A DNA stretch of 64,000 nt from Octopus vulgaris (lineage: Eukaryota), in NCBI GenBank assembly GCA_951406725.2, contig OX597816.1, positions 51,212,001 to 51,276,000 of the forward strand. The letters run 5' to 3'. A program made the position numbers and the translations under genes. The notes below the pieces were generated by a model, which saw only the letters and a program-made list of their open reading frames with translations, did no database searches and was not told the DNA's origin. Shown here piece after piece: positions 28,961 to 43,377 of the stretch (position 1 is its first letter; the number at the start of each line of letters is the position of its first letter).

Positions 28961-29495
28961 ACTTTATATAAATGTATATATATATAAATATATTAGAAAG
29001 ATTTAGTCGTCACCAAATGTGACTATGTGTACCGCAGCAACTACATTGCTTGTAATAAGTGTAAGATTATCTTAATGCTGTAAGACGTGCTCTGTGTATA
29101 TACACTGACAAGGGAAGTAACCGACCCAGGACCGTCTCTAGAATCACTAGACGAGGCCATAATTTTGTGTATTCTGAAACCATCGGCAGTATTGGCTACT
29201 TAGATAGTCGATGGTTTAGCTATTTCTGTCTGCGGGTAAACATATTTTTATGGCAAAAAATTACGTCTGATTTAGCGAAATACTAGTGCTTATACGAAAA
29301 ATTAATATAAATTTCTAGTCGCAATGTAATATGGGGGAAAAATTTACACATCACTAAGTGTGGCTATGGGAGTAGAAGACCTCACTTTGCTAGAAATAAG
29401 ACTTAAAATCTCTTAATGCTGTAAGAAATTTTTTATGGTAAAAAAATATATACTGGCAGACAGAATTAGCGAAACCATCCACCGCTTGAGTAGTC

Positions 29496-29542
29496 ACTAC
29501 TAACGAAACCTACAGAATAGGCGAAACTAGTCCTAGTCTAGT
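29496..29542 (+). ncRNA. Hammerhead relic (G5A core change)
   Basis: acta-CTAACGA-aa-ccta-cagaa-tagg-c-GAAAC-tag-tc-cta-GTC-tagt: all three stems form. Confidence 0.7.
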
Positions 29543-29689
29543 TATATTAGAGATGGTAATGGGGCAGTTGCTACCCCTATCACTCTATATATAAATGCAC
29601 TACATTCGACTCTACTAATTTTATAGTGTTAAGCTGCCACTATTATAAGCCATTGAAGTTAATACTCTAATGCCTTTATTTCTCTACCC

Positions 29690-29879
29690 CAGTGGTTTTC
29701 AACCAGTACAGTCCAGGGGTTCCGCAAGAAGTTACAAAACTGCTAAAATCGGCAGTAATTTTTAATTCTCCTGTGCAGATATGTGTGCATAAGACTATTA
29801 AATTATTGCACAGGGGTTCCTCGAGCCAGTGGAATGTTTCCTTGGGGTTCCGCTCCAGCAAAAAGTTTGAAAAGCACTG
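29690..29879. mobile_element. hAT (Charlie-like) MITE, 190 bp
   Basis: TIRs cagtggttttcaacc / rc cagtgcttttcaaac; 8-bp TSD ctctaccc versus ttgtaccc (6/8); repeated ggggttcc subterminal motifs. Confidence 0.8.
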
Positions 29880-30035
29880 TTGTACCCTATAGAGGTCCTC
29901 CTAATACTCGGTTTGGCGCTTTCTCGGACACATAGCATGCACAAATCTCTATCCTAAACTGCTATTCTCTGAAGATTTATTCTGTGTTGCTTACGATCTT
30001 GAAACGCTACCCCCACTTCCTTTGGCTATCTGATA

Positions 30036-30210
30036 ATTCTTACTATTCTAGGCACAAGGCCCGAAATTTTAGGGGAGGGGCCCAGTCGATTATATCGACA
30101 CCAGTACGCAACTAGTACTTAATTTATCGACCCCGAAATGATAAAAGGTAATGTCATCCTCGGCGGAATTTGAACTCAGAACGTAAAGATAGACGAAATA
30201 CCGCTAAGCA
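30036..30210 (-). mobile_element. SINE copy (22346 family, alternative tail)
   Basis: rc tgcttagcggtatttcgtc..ctgagttcaaattccgccgagg..ggggtcgataaattaagtac. Confidence 0.8.
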
Positions 30211-31425
30211 CACACTGTACGTCGCCACAATTGAATCCTTGCCATTATACATACCGTCTTCTTTATAGCATACCAGTGAAAATACCTTCCTCACTTACGT
30301 CACAATCCCTTATTTCTGCATAGGTGTATGTGTGTGCGTGCTTTTAAAGTTAGAGTGTCGGACTTACTTACAATTATGAGGTAGTAAGTTCGATTCCTGA
30401 GGCTACACTGAGTTACATGTTACCAGAAACAAGTAATGTCACGTCGACCTGATATTATATGCGTTAGTGTAAGCGCCTGTGGATTCATTTAAATTATCAT
30501 CTTTGCTCTCTTGTGGACACTTCTTGACAGCGTAAAGCTTTTACAGAATTATACTACGAAATTATATATTACTGATTTGACATATTGCGATTATGAAAAT
30601 ATTTGAGCTTGTCATATGTTAGATAATAAGCGTGACTAATTAAACTATCAATGTCAGTTTATTACGAATGATTAATTTTGCCGATTGTATATATTCGTTG
30701 TATTATTAATGAGAGACTAAAGCTATGCAATATGAAAATCTATTCCGTTGGTCTTTTGACCCGATTTTAACCATTAATACATTGAAATTTACTATGATGA
30801 TACATGAGACTATATCATGCGAAATGGAATCTGCACACCGATGATAGGCTTGTGCAGTTGTTGTGAAAGACATCTACCGGCAAATTGTCGTGTTTTGGAA
30901 GCGATTTCTTTACTCTAATTTCATGAGTATTGATAATATGAGCATGATACGCATGCATGCCCCACAGCTCTCCATATCATTATAATCATCTTTGAATAAT
31001 AAAATTTCCCTGAATTAGAAACAAATCGATGCTGATTCGAAGTCTCTGTCGGAGAACTGACCGATAGATTTCATTCTTCTTTTGAGAAACTGGGATTATT
31101 CTTATTTTTGTAAAGATATTTATTTAACAACCTTTTGGCAAGATGAATGTTCATTCAACGTTCTTTACAATATTTTCCTTTTTACATCATTACAATCTCC
31201 ATTTGGTTTTAGGGTTTAATGAATGTGAACATATTATGCAGTTAATTAAATATATGTCATATGAATTCTTAATATTGCTGTCACTCTTTTGCATTTATAT
31301 GGATATAAGATATCATATACTATGTCAACTTAATATATAATATTAGTTTTTTATAGTTTTACACTAACTGTAAGACATATATGGTCGATACACACACACA
31401 CACTCACACACACACACACACACAC

Positions 31426-31514
<89 letters not shown>

Positions 31515-31517
<3 letters not shown>

Positions 31518-32790
31518 CGAATCATTCTGTTTTAATACTTTATTAATTCAGACACTCACAGGTTCAATTTCCACTCATTTAATTAATTATGTAATTTTTT
31601 CCTAAAAGCTTCGTTGCTTCTTTCAACCTCTTCAATATTTGTCGACCCTGGCCTTCCCTATTTTCTCTTTAGTCCTTTCAATGGTGTTCCAGGATTTGCT
31701 CCTACAGAATGGGCAAATTCCATTCCTATCGTTACGTATTATGGTTTCAAATTTCCTCATGACTCCTTTGTATACTCTGATCCTTTCTCTATGGTTGTAT
31801 CCCGAGAACTGCATGCGGTGAACGAAGTGTGGTATGCATCTCTATTACTCTGTATGGTCGCACATATGGGACACATTCCTCGTGACACTGATGAGGTCCG
31901 CCTCATTTGTAGGGGTGTCTTTCATATCATCGACATATCGAGAGTACATGTTCGTGAGGATGGAGTACTGTGTCAAGCGTTCTTTAAGCCTTCTGTCACA
32001 CCATACCAAGAAAACTTTGGCCACATCACCGGCGGTACTGAACGCGATGGCTTCCCTCTCATCCTGGGCGTATATTTTGTTGTTAAACTTCAACGTGTGG
32101 CGTGGCCTATTAGGGTAACATTTATACTAGCTACTAGTGCATGTACAATCATATTCTTAACGTGATACTGGTTCTCGGAGGTCCGTATGGCTCTGTTCAA
32201 ACCACTCCATCTCTCTATGGGGTCTTCCTAACCATAGATGTAATTGTGGGTGACCTAACTCTTAAACGAAAACTGCGGCAAAAACGTCTCAGGTCATGTT
32301 TGTCTAGAAATTCATTGTCATATATCAGTCTAAGCAGGAAGCCCAGTTCCCGTCTTGACATTGCGTGACTCCACTTCCCTCTCGTTGATCAGCACGCACT
32401 TCTCCACCGCAAGATCCACATCGATAGATAGGCATAGGGATACCACATCCATGCTACCCACTATACATCCTGTCGGGTCGCAGATGTTGTTACAGTCGTT
32501 GAGGAGATGTTTCGTACTGTCACAAACATCAGGTGACATCAAGATTATGGGACGTATGATCTTTAAGAGGAAGTACGAGATTTTGTGGTTGAGTTGCTAG
32601 CGATATTTCCTCCACAGACTGGTCTTATTGGTGGTCCCACCACTGGATCAGTGGTTACTTTATGGTCCTTGCGGAGTCCATACTGCATCGAAATATCGTT
32701 GTTCCAAACTTGTAAATTGTTGGCCGTGCGTTTGCAGGTCCGAACACAATTTTCCACATCATCATGTGGGTGTTGAGGGCTTTTCCCATC
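31515..32790 (-). mobile_element. Penelope-like RT pseudogene fused to a terminal repeat with HHR relic (31601-31635)
   Basis: YGLRKDHK..PPIRPVCG, IVGSMDVVSLCLSID, STAGDVAKVFLVW, MYSRYVDD, GYNHRERIRVY; then TTGAAGA-g-gttg-aaagaag-caac-GAAG..TA-gg. Confidence 0.8.
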
Positions 32791-33309
32791 TTTTCATGCG
32801 CCTGTAAAGTTACTTACATATTGACGATGTGAGGTTGCACTGCCTGGATATAGCTCGGCGTAAAGCCTGAAATATATACGTCACTAAAGTTAACTTGGTC
32901 GCTATTCAGCACCAATATTTCTTGAAATAAGAGTCTCCCTTTTCAAACATTAAAATAGCGAATGTGTGGCTACTGAGTTATATTGACTCTTATTTCTAGC
33001 ACTACTGGTACTGATTAGTGTCCTCTTCATTTTAGTGCTGTATATATTTCTACTGTTACATTGTTAAATTGCGAATTAGCCACCTGTACTGGTTTTAATT
33101 CTCAAACTATCATTCATGAAATCAGCATATGATTTCAAGGGTGATCTTAGCCGCGGTGAGACTTACTGATGCCCATTAAGTTACGTTTAGCCTCAGAATC
33201 CGACATCATTGGTGATCTAGCTCTAGCTGCGACCGTATGGGTTTATTTCCCTTGTCAGCTGATTAAGATAGTGATTTTGCTGATTAGTGCCCATGTTTAC
33301 TTTAGTGAA

Positions 33310-33409
<100 letters not shown>

Positions 33410-33434
33410 GTGTGTGTGTGTGTGTATGTATTAT

Positions 33435-33612
33435 GTGGAAGCGATCCCTGCAGTACTCTTTCACCACAACTTTCTCTCACTCTTTCTTCTGCTGGCCTGC
33501 TCGCTTAGCCAGCGGGGTGGTGTCATCTGAAGGCTAAAACAATGCGAAGCGCATCGTGACCAGCGATGTGTAGCAACATCTGATAGCCTGGTCGGTCACG
33601 GTGATCACGGTG

Positions 33613-33616
<4 letters not shown>
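33435..33616 (+). mobile_element. SINE 3' fragment (body shared with the 39229 SINE, different tail)
   Basis: cctgcagtactctttcaccacaacttt matches 39367-39393; tail ends (tcacggtga)x2. Confidence 0.65.
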
Positions 33617-33656
<40 letters not shown>

Positions 33657-34295
33657 CATACATACATACATACATACATACATACATAATGAGAGAGTGC
33701 GTGAGAGAGCGAGAGAGGGAGATGGGGAGAGCAAGAGACAAAGAATTACAAAGATAGAGCACAGAAAGGGAGGTGGTAAAGACAGAGAGAGCGAGAAAGT
33801 GACGGAAAATTTTATAAGAACTACAGTAACATAGATAATAGCCATAGAAATATAATTCATTTATCGATAACTGAAATGCTTCATATGAACACTTGTACCT
33901 GGGTTAACAAAAGTGACCCAAGATATCTTATCTATCCATCAAACTGTCTGAGAGTACAGATTTCGAACGATGTTATGCGTATATTCACACGAAGTTTATG
34001 TGAATATATGCAAACTGCTTGAAGGAGTTTAAGTAAATGCAGATATAAAAACTTACAATAATTTTGACATTTACAGAACGACATTTTTTCATAACATATT
34101 ATACATTTGCACTTGCGTTCGATAATATATTAAAGAATGTCACCTTCACATTAGCTTTAACCTAAAAATTACTCATACTTCTAACTTAAGTATAGTTACA
34201 GCTATATTCATTAACCATACTGTGAGCATTAAATTATATAAATCTTTCAGAAACAATATTGCAAAGAAACCCCTTGTTATATTAGAATCGTGCCT

Positions 34296-34466
34296 TTATC
34301 GATACATTCTATATAAGTCATCGTTAACCAGCCATGTCCTGCCTTCTACAATACTGTTTAAATCAAGCAGTCCTTCGTTGAAGTTAATTTTTCCTTTACT
34401 TATAACAGCTTCGAAATCTACGACACTCTCGCCTGCATTACTTACATCGACGTCATTCGTGCCAAA
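34296..34466 (-). other. Candidate orphan terminal coding exon
   Basis: Acceptor aattttgtttatag, then 56 open codons FGTNDVDVSNAGESVVDFEAVISKGKINFNEGLLDLNSIVEGRTWLVNDDLYRMYR*. No homology recognised. Confidence 0.3.
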
Positions 34467-35326
34467 CTATAAACAAAATTAATGATGAAACATTTCTCTC
34501 ACATTTGTGTAGGTGTACATTTTATTTCAGGGTTTTCTTTTCCTTTCGTGATGAATTTCCTTACCCTCACACTATATTCACAATATTCTCTTAAATAAAC
34601 TTTAAACGTGTAATATTTTATTGCCTGTTGTTTCGTATAGCAAATAAACTATATGTTTGACAAATCTCAGCCCGACGTACACACACGAAAGTTTAATCAT
34701 ATACATCTTTGCCGCCTCTTTGCATTTATCTATCATGTATAGCTTTTATTAAATTTACAATGCATATACATCTCTTTCACCTGTATTTACCATTTTTCCT
34801 GTAGTATTCTCTAGCTAATGTTATATCACGTAACCTTATAAACTGCATATAACCAAACTAGACACATTATCAGTCTGCTGTTTTGTAAATAATATTTATT
34901 GATTTGACACTAATATCTATATACTATATATCAATAGCTTGTGTATTCGGAATTGTAGAATATTATGTTGGTTAACGTAAGTTCATTTTGACACCAAATA
35001 AATTCTAAATTTTTAACTCTGCTTGAACAAAACTGAGTCTTGTTTCATACTTGTTAAATCAGAGGTTTCCATTCAGTTTAGCTGTCATCGTTATTGGTGG
35101 AGTTGATATGAAATTACTCAGAATGTTGGCCCATTAACATTCTTTTACTTGCCACAATCAACAAAATATAAATTTAGCCATATTTAAATTTTTGGAATTG
35201 TCAATATTAATACCGGCATTAGGGAGCATTTGTTAATTGGAGATGGACAGCAATGAGCCGTGTTTCTATATCCATATTTCAACATTAAATAATTCCATCA
35301 CCAGACATTCATCATTTACACAAAAA

Positions 35327-35389
<63 letters not shown>

Positions 35390-35390
<1 letters not shown>

Positions 35391-35865
35391 ATTAAAAAAT
35401 AAGGGTAGAAATTGATATTAATCAATTAAAACCAGTCGATTGGCATATTTAAAAAATCCGAAGATTACAAATTGTTACATGCAAAATTATGAAAAATCAT
35501 CACTAAAGTGGACACCTAATATGCTAAACATAGAGGTCAAATCACCATTACCACGAAGAATGTGTTCTCAAGAAAAATTTCAGTAAAATGCCAAAATGTA
35601 AAAATCAGCAAGACAAATGAAAATATACGAAAAAAAAAAAACGATTACCTACGTACCAACAGGTATATATTAACATGTGAAACCATTCGTACGTAGGTAA
35701 TCGTTTTTTTATTTCGTATATTTTCATTTGTCTTGTTCATTGTTACATTTTGGCGTTTTGCCGAGATTTTTCTTGAGAACACTTTCTTCGTGGTAATGGC
35801 GATTTGACGTTTATGTTTAGCATATTAACTGTCCATTTTAGTGGTCATTCCTCTTAATTTTGATT
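35390..35865. repeat. Inverted repeat with ~170-bp arms (PLE-like termini); third copy at 36433-36635
   Basis: 35485-35656 versus rc 35689-35862 (aaacgattacctacgtac / gtacgtaggtaatcgttt). HHR 3' halves GAAAC-cattc-GTA (+) and GAAAC-tgatta-GTA (-). Confidence 0.8.
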
Positions 35866-35972
35866 CATACATGTAGGTGTTATTTTATTAGTGATCTTCT
35901 ATATAAATGAAGCTATATCCAATAATTTGCTGTATTTCTTTACACGAAAGGCGAAATTGCTACTTTAACGAG

Positions 35973-36043
<71 letters not shown>

Positions 36044-36282
36044 TATCACCCGAGGCGACACAGCTGCACCGTATGAATTTCCGGAAACAGGTGTTAAGTA
36101 TCGCATCCGTGAGGGATCGGTACTAGATGTGTCGAAACGATTCTGGTGATTAATAATAATTCTTGTACCTTCCATACACAATGGACACTGTGAAAGTGAC
36201 CGTGCTTTACCAGTAAACTGCCAGGTATGAAACATTTATTTATTATGTTATATATGTGCCTATGTCTGTGTGCTTGTGTGCG

Positions 36283-36321
<39 letters not shown>

Positions 36322-37899
36322 GAGACTATGTGTGCTTCAAATGTAAGCAGAAGGCCAGGACATTTGACGGTTGGGTTTCAGTCGATGAAACCGATACAAG
36401 TACTTTACTAGTTATTCATATATATATATATACAAAATTTAGAGGACTGACCACTAAAAGTGGACAGCCTATACGCTAGATATAGACGTTAAAATCGTCA
36501 GTTTCCACAAATAATGTGTTCTCAAAGAAAAATTCAGCAAAGACCCAAAGTGCAAAAAATAAGCAAGACAACTGAAAATATACGAAATAGAAAACGATTA
36601 CCTCTGTACTAATCAGTTTCACTTGTTAATATTTACGTATATGGACACGTAAACATCTGCAATATCATACAGCATAATCTGTCGTTTACAAAACCCAATT
36701 TCCAGAAATAGATACAGAACGCTCATAAATATATATGTATGTACGTATGTATGTATGTATATCAAGTTAAGTTTCTTTCTTCATATTTTGTATAATACTT
36801 CTCTCTAGGTCTGCATACATGTTGTAAATACGGATGCATTGATGTTTTTAATGCAACTGGAAACACATCTATCACTTGCATATATATCAGGTTGTCTTAG
36901 AAATCAGTGAAGAAGATGCCTTTAGTTTTCGTTTCTTTGTGCCAAGTTTCTCAACTTACTGCTAAAGCTATAACCAAAATATAAACTTCTAAAAAATCTA
37001 ATTAAATGTCTTCGTAAAAGATGAGATTTTCAGAGTCCACCACTTTTATTAAATTTCTTTGTAGCAAAAGCAATTGACTTATTTCCTCTTATGATATTCG
37101 TTGTAATTTTCGATTTTTGGATTAGAGAATGGCTGCAGCTTGATAACTACTTAGGAAGGAATATAGATCATGCAGGGAAGTATTGGCTAATAAAATGAAA
37201 TGTCAAATACGGTAAGAGATAAGATTTCGATTGAACATTTAAAGATTTGTCCTTATTGAATTATTATTGCCATGCGTAGGAAGATGTAATCCTTTTGAAA
37301 ATAGCGGATATTTCAAAGAAAATTATATGAAAAGTAAGATCTCTTACTGATTCCAAAGAAAACTGGAACGTTTATTAAACGGTTCAGAATTCAAATGCAG
37401 TTATTATCTGTTCCCATGAACTAGAGATTCGTCACGTTGTTATATTTTCGGAAGTATTTTCGTAAATACATGATGTAAATTATCTTCGTTATGTTACATA
37501 ATTTGTATGAATTTCAGGCATATACATTGCTTTCCTTCTATGAATACATTTTATTAATATTTCAGCCAATGTAAATACCAATACATCTCATGACATGACA
37601 CAGTGACAACTTAATCCTATGAAATGTGTGCAAATGAATCGATCTCTCCTTAGTGTGTCTTGCATTGATAAAATCGTTTCACGAAGGAAGTTTGCCATAT
37701 ACGTTTCAAATTTGATTCTGAATAAGGAACAGAGTCTTCAAACCAGAGCATAAAGCAGTGTGTTCCAATGTCAAAAACCTTAACGAAAATAACATTTTCT
37801 TGAGTTAATGTTCCACATAGCAGAAATTTCGCATAATAATAAGAAATTAATGCAATTTAGTATAAAAGAAATGCGTGATTTAAACACAGGTTTTTGAAT

Positions 37900-37984
37900 A
37901 TTAATAAGAATAACAACAACAACAATAATAGTAATAATAATCATAATAATAATTATAATAATAATAATAATAATAATAATTATG

Positions 37985-38054
<70 letters not shown>

Positions 38055-38063
38055 TAATAATAA
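37900..38063. repeat. (AAT)n microsatellite
   Basis: Direct observation. Confidence 0.95.
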
Positions 38064-38466
38064 TGCTCGTGATCAGAGATGCACAGGCTGATGATATGTG
38101 CATCTCTGATCACGAGCAGAAGTAGTAGTGGGGTAGCATCATAGCCATGTGTTGAAAGGAATTCTTAGAGGTTTGGATAATTCACCTTTGGAAATATGGG
38201 TAGTTCGTTCAACAACCTTGAACAATCTTTATTCAGGGATATTTTGAGCGGGATGAGCTACACGACCAGAAGAAAATTCTAACTGGGCCCAACCTGCAAG
38301 GTCATGCTCTGTTTATTTTCATATGAGATCACCATGTCGCGCACATATGGCTGTGATGCATATGCCAGGTGTACCCTTATCAGACAGGTAGTCATGATAA
38401 GTATACTGGGCTTCGTATATTTTACCCCAGTGTCACTTTGATGGCATGCACTGCTCTCTCACTCAA
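38064..38466 (-). mobile_element. Retroelement-derived fragment inserted in (TAA)n (probably R4/Dong-related) with terminal 22-bp foldback
   Basis: Flanked by (AAT)n on both sides; perfect IR 38064-38085 / 38097-38118. Family assignment is inferred only from the TAA target preference of Dong/R4 elements. Confidence 0.45.
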
Positions 38467-38475
38467 TAATAATAA

Positions 38476-38696
38476 TGATGATGATGATGATGATGATGAT
38501 TGATGATTGATGATGATTGATGATGATGATGATTGATTGATTGGTTGATTGGTGGTTGGTGACGATTGATGGTGATTGATGATTGATGGCGATTGATGGT
38601 GATTGATGATGATGAGGAGGAGGAGGATGTTGATGATGATGAGGAGGAGAGGGAGGATGATGGTGATGATGATGATGATTGATGATTGATGATGAT

Positions 38697-38735
<39 letters not shown>
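38476..38735. repeat. Compound (GAT)n/(GATT)n/(GAG)n microsatellite
   Basis: Direct observation. Confidence 0.9.
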
Positions 38736-38737
<2 letters not shown>

Positions 38738-39228
38738 AAAATGACTTCAGATTCTGCGTATATTTACATATCGTAATAGGCGTTTGAATTGCAGAGAATT
38801 GGAATTTGAAATTGACTGCATTATTTCCCACAAGCCAGTGCTGTTGCATTTAAGAACGGAGCGTGATTCAGATTACAATTACCAGTAGTTGAAGTGTTGC
38901 AACATAGGGATACAAGCAAGGTTCATACTAAGTCGCACTTCAATCTCCAAAGCACATACTGTGTGTAACTCAGCAATTAGTCGTCAAATCCATTATTTAG
39001 GGCTGTGAGGTTCAATAAAATTGACCATCGCTGACTATAATGTCTCCATTCGTGAGAAATATACAGTCACATGGTCGTAAGTAATAGTGATATTTACCGT
39101 ATGTATATATGTGTGTATGTTAATATGCAGACATGTGTATGTACGTATGACTGAATCATATATATATTTGTGTATGTGTGTATATATATATATATATGTG
39201 TGTGTGTGTATGTATGTATATGTGGTTG

Positions 39229-39588
39229 CACAATGGCCCAGTGGTTCGGGCAGCGAACTGGCGGTTGTAGGATCGCCGCTTCGATTCCCAGGCTATGCAT
39301 TGTGAGAGTTTATTGAGCGAAAACACTGAAAGCTCCTCTTTGTTCCAGTAGGGGGTGGTGGTCATTCCTGCTACCCTCTTTCACCACAACTTTTACACGT
39401 TCTTCCTGTTTCTGATGTACCTGTATTTCAAAGGGCCAGCCTTGTCACATGCTATGTCACGCTGAATCTCCCGAAGAGCTACATTAAGTGTACACGTGTC
39501 TGTGGAGTGCTCAGCCACTTTCACGTTAATTTCCTGAGCAGGTCGGATCAACTGGAACCCTCGTCGTCGTAACCGACTGAGCTCCACG
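39229..39588 (+). mobile_element. Full-length tRNA-derived SINE
   Basis: A-box tggcccagtgg, B-box cttcgattcc; tail aagggccagccttgtcac..cctcgtcgtcgtaaccga shared with the 54885 SINE. Confidence 0.85.
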
Positions 39589-40024
39589 ATATATATATAC
39601 ATATATAGAGAGAGTGAGAGAAAGAGAGAGAGAGATATGTGAGTGTGTGTAAGTATGTATATATATATATATGTGTATACATATATATGTGTCTGTGCAT
39701 ATATGTAAATATATGTGTGTGTGAATGTATTTGTATATATATGCATATATATATATTTATATATATACATGACTAAAACATTAAAAAATGATAGAAATAT
39801 ATATGGCATAGATATATACTTATGTAATATCCTAATCCGTTCTTCATTCTCCACAGGAATTTCTGGAATTGTATGTGTGTTCAAATGAAAATATTCCGTA
39901 GTTTTATATTAGTATAATCGTATGTACATACATATGAATATAATACACATACATATATGCAGAATGCGGGCGTACGTATATAAATATATATATATATATA
40001 TATATAATTATACATATGTACCTG

Positions 40025-40065
<41 letters not shown>

Positions 40066-41066
40066 TATATGCAAATATATATGTGTATATATATAAGTGC
40101 GTGTGTATACACACACATAGGCACACACACACGCACACCCACACACACATTTCAATTTGTCATACAATCAATGATAGATCTGCATGTGAAAAATTTACTT
40201 ATGAACGTTATGTGCTTATGCATATTTTATTTGATAATATTTGTGATTTTATGTAAAGATTATTAATCAGTGTAGACCATTCCAAATAATACCTGCGATG
40301 ACCTCTCTTTACGAGGTCTAACTCAGGTTCCGCGAAATAGTGTTTCTCGAATACAAAAACAAAAGTGAAAGAAAATGAGATATTTCTACAGATTGTGACT
40401 TGAAGTGTTATTGCATTTGGTATATTTGCCATGCTGAGTCACATGTGTCAGAATCATAATTCCATCTGAAATGAAATAGAAGTGTCTCTCCTTCATCTTC
40501 ATCAACACTTTCTCTGTATGCCTACACTGCTTAGCAAATATATTTCAAGTAAATTTCATTATCCTATTCAACGTTGCGTTTCCACACTTTTTGGAACTTC
40601 GTGTGGTGTGTGTAAAATAAGAAGTATTGAAGATGTAAAACAAGATTTATTTTACAGAACAAGAACATATAAATTTTGAAATATATCCAGATATGCATAA
40701 TGTGATATACATTGAACAAGTGATAATTACCTCGTCAAAGAAAAGCAAAATGGTTATGTTAAAAAGTTTTAACAAAAAGCGGAGATCTGCTGAGGTAATG
40801 AAAACTGTATTATTTCAAGTCGAAATTGATATATTCTGTAAGCAAATTAGAATAAGTAAAATGAAATCAGAATAAACCTGAAAGAATTTAAAATAATATC
40901 AGCGTAAATTAAATCATATTTTCGAATATATAACACTATCACATGATATTTCTTTTATTATTATGTAACGGATAACAAAGTATAATTAGGAAACTCCTAC
41001 ATGAGTTAATAGAAATTATCATTTTTGGAAATGTACACTGGCTGTAAATGTTATTAATTCAACGAA

Positions 41067-41099
<33 letters not shown>

Positions 41100-41100
<1 letters not shown>

Positions 41101-41225
41101 GTTAACAAAACTATTCATAACCTTAATTTTGTAATGTTTTTTTTTTATTTTGTGATGAACTTGACAAAATGCATTCATTTCATCACAAAATGTATTACTT
41201 TATGAATAATTTTGGGGGCGACTGT
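41100..41225. mobile_element. Small Tc1-like MITE relic
   Basis: TA-flanked imperfect TIRs (caaaactattcataa / ttatgaataattttgggggcgactg) and inner IR ttttgtgatgaa / ttcatcacaaaa. Confidence 0.4.
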
Positions 41226-41629
41226 ATATATACAGCCCTAAACATTTATTTATTATTTCGGAATTGACGGTCTGTTATTGCACTTCGTTTCCACACTAAA
41301 TGAATTTTCCTATTCTAGACGTAGTAATTGGCTCTCTCCTACGCCGACTCAAACATTTAATGAGCTCTCCTTTCCTGGCTATTCTTGGATGGGCGAGCAA
41401 CTTCACACCAACTGCTTGGAAATTTGGCTCGAAGCTTGGTATTTTGCCCTTACGCTTCATGTTGTTAGGTAGTGCTTGCTTAGAATTTAAAAGGCACCCT
41501 CAGTATTACGTTTACCTAAGTATCTGGGACTCTACTTTCATATTGGTCAACTTGCTTCTACTAATACGACTGCTACTACAGCTACAGGTTCCAAATCTCC
41601 TACGATGTGTTATCCTGACGCAGTTACTT

Positions 41630-41885
<256 letters not shown>

Positions 41886-42004
41886 AATGGAAACAGTACG
41901 AAATTTTTCAGTTCTTTCCACAAAGTTCCTTCATCGCCGTCAGCGTCTTCATTCTTTCGTCTTTGTCAGTTCTGGAGATCTCAAAGCATCTCTGCTTGCG
42001 TAAC

Positions 42005-42250
42005 CTTATGTATTCCTTTTCGGTGTACTCGAAACATTTCTCGAAGTAAGTCGATGGAGTTGAACCGACACTTGATGGTCCACGCGGGTGTTAAGCCATT
42101 TAGATGCATGTGCTGAAATTCAGCTTTCTCTCCGTCGGACAACCTCGAGAAGCATGTGAACATACACAGAGATGAAAAGCGGTATTTGTGCTGCATCTAC
42201 ATAAAGCGTTCGCCGATACCAGCAACCTCACAAAACATCTGCGGACTCAT
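42005..42250 (+). pseudogene. C2H2 zinc-finger pseudogene (about 3 fingers)
   Basis: ELNRHLMVHAGVKPFRCMC*NSAFSPSDNLEKHVNIHRDEKRYLCCIY /frameshift/ KAFADTSNLTKHLRTH: TGEKP-like linkers, one stop and one frameshift. Confidence 0.85.
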
Positions 42251-43377
42251 GAGCCGTGGCAGTGGCAGCGGGAGGTGCGACTGCAACTAATAAGTAGAGA
42301 AGTGGCAAGAGCGGTATGCACAGCAACGGTAACCGAGATCACGGGTTCCCTTGTTTATTCCCAGATCCTCCACGTGTGTAAATTTGTTGTCAAAACTACA
42401 TTGTAAACAGTATGCAGTGTCATAGTTATATGAAATGTTTCCACTCTCCAAAAGTGAAACGCGTATATAATCACCCCTCTGCTCAAGGTTTTTTGTTTTT
42501 ATTCTACGCGTATTGTTTTGAGAACGTGTATTGTTTTGAGTATATTCCCTTCTAGTTAAGCTTCCCATCAGTTCACGAGTTTAAAGTATTGAGCTGCCAT
42601 GTTCAATATCTGAATTTCGTAATTTATGCCATATAAACTTCCACCACAGCAGATATGTATATCTCTAATTGCATCGCCCTAATCAACTATCATCCTGCAA
42701 TAGACATATGCTTCATTTAGGTCGCTTATAGCCATTATGGATGGTAGCATCTTATGTTTGAACGACTGATCCAGCTATCTTTTTTAACAATTCATCTACT
42801 TATTCACCTTTCCTCGATACGTTGCTCCTTTCGGTATGCATGCGTGTATGTATGTATGTATGTATGTATATATGTATGTATGTATGCATGCATGCATGCA
42901 TGTATGTATGTATGTATGTATGTATGTATGTATGTATGTATGTATGTATGCATGTATGTATGCATGCATGCATGCATGTGCTGTCTTTTAATTTTTTTTG
43001 AAAATATTAACCGGTCATCTACTTTGTAGCAAGGTTGTGAAGAAAAATATTTTGATTTATCATCCTTTAAATCTTAAAGACTGACAGATATTCAGAGCTT
43101 CAGGTATCGTAATCATTTATAACATATGAATTATGGATTTGCATTCTCTCCCAAGGTCCTATGTTCAGCCAATCGTTGCTCTAGTCTTGTTGGTAGGTAT
43201 TCTATTTTCCCAATAATGATAATTGAAATGCATCTTGGGTACCGGATTTGCAAACTCTTTATAAATAGTCCATGAATGTCCAATTTCTCTTGTATTTTTC
43301 AAACAATATTCTTATTCAGAAGGCAGTTGATTTGCACAACAGAACATATCTTTCTTTGTGGTCCCACATATATATAT

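Noticed and set aside
37780-38113. Poly-Ile / poly-Asn / poly-Tyr ORFs
   Set aside because: (AAT)n microsatellite.
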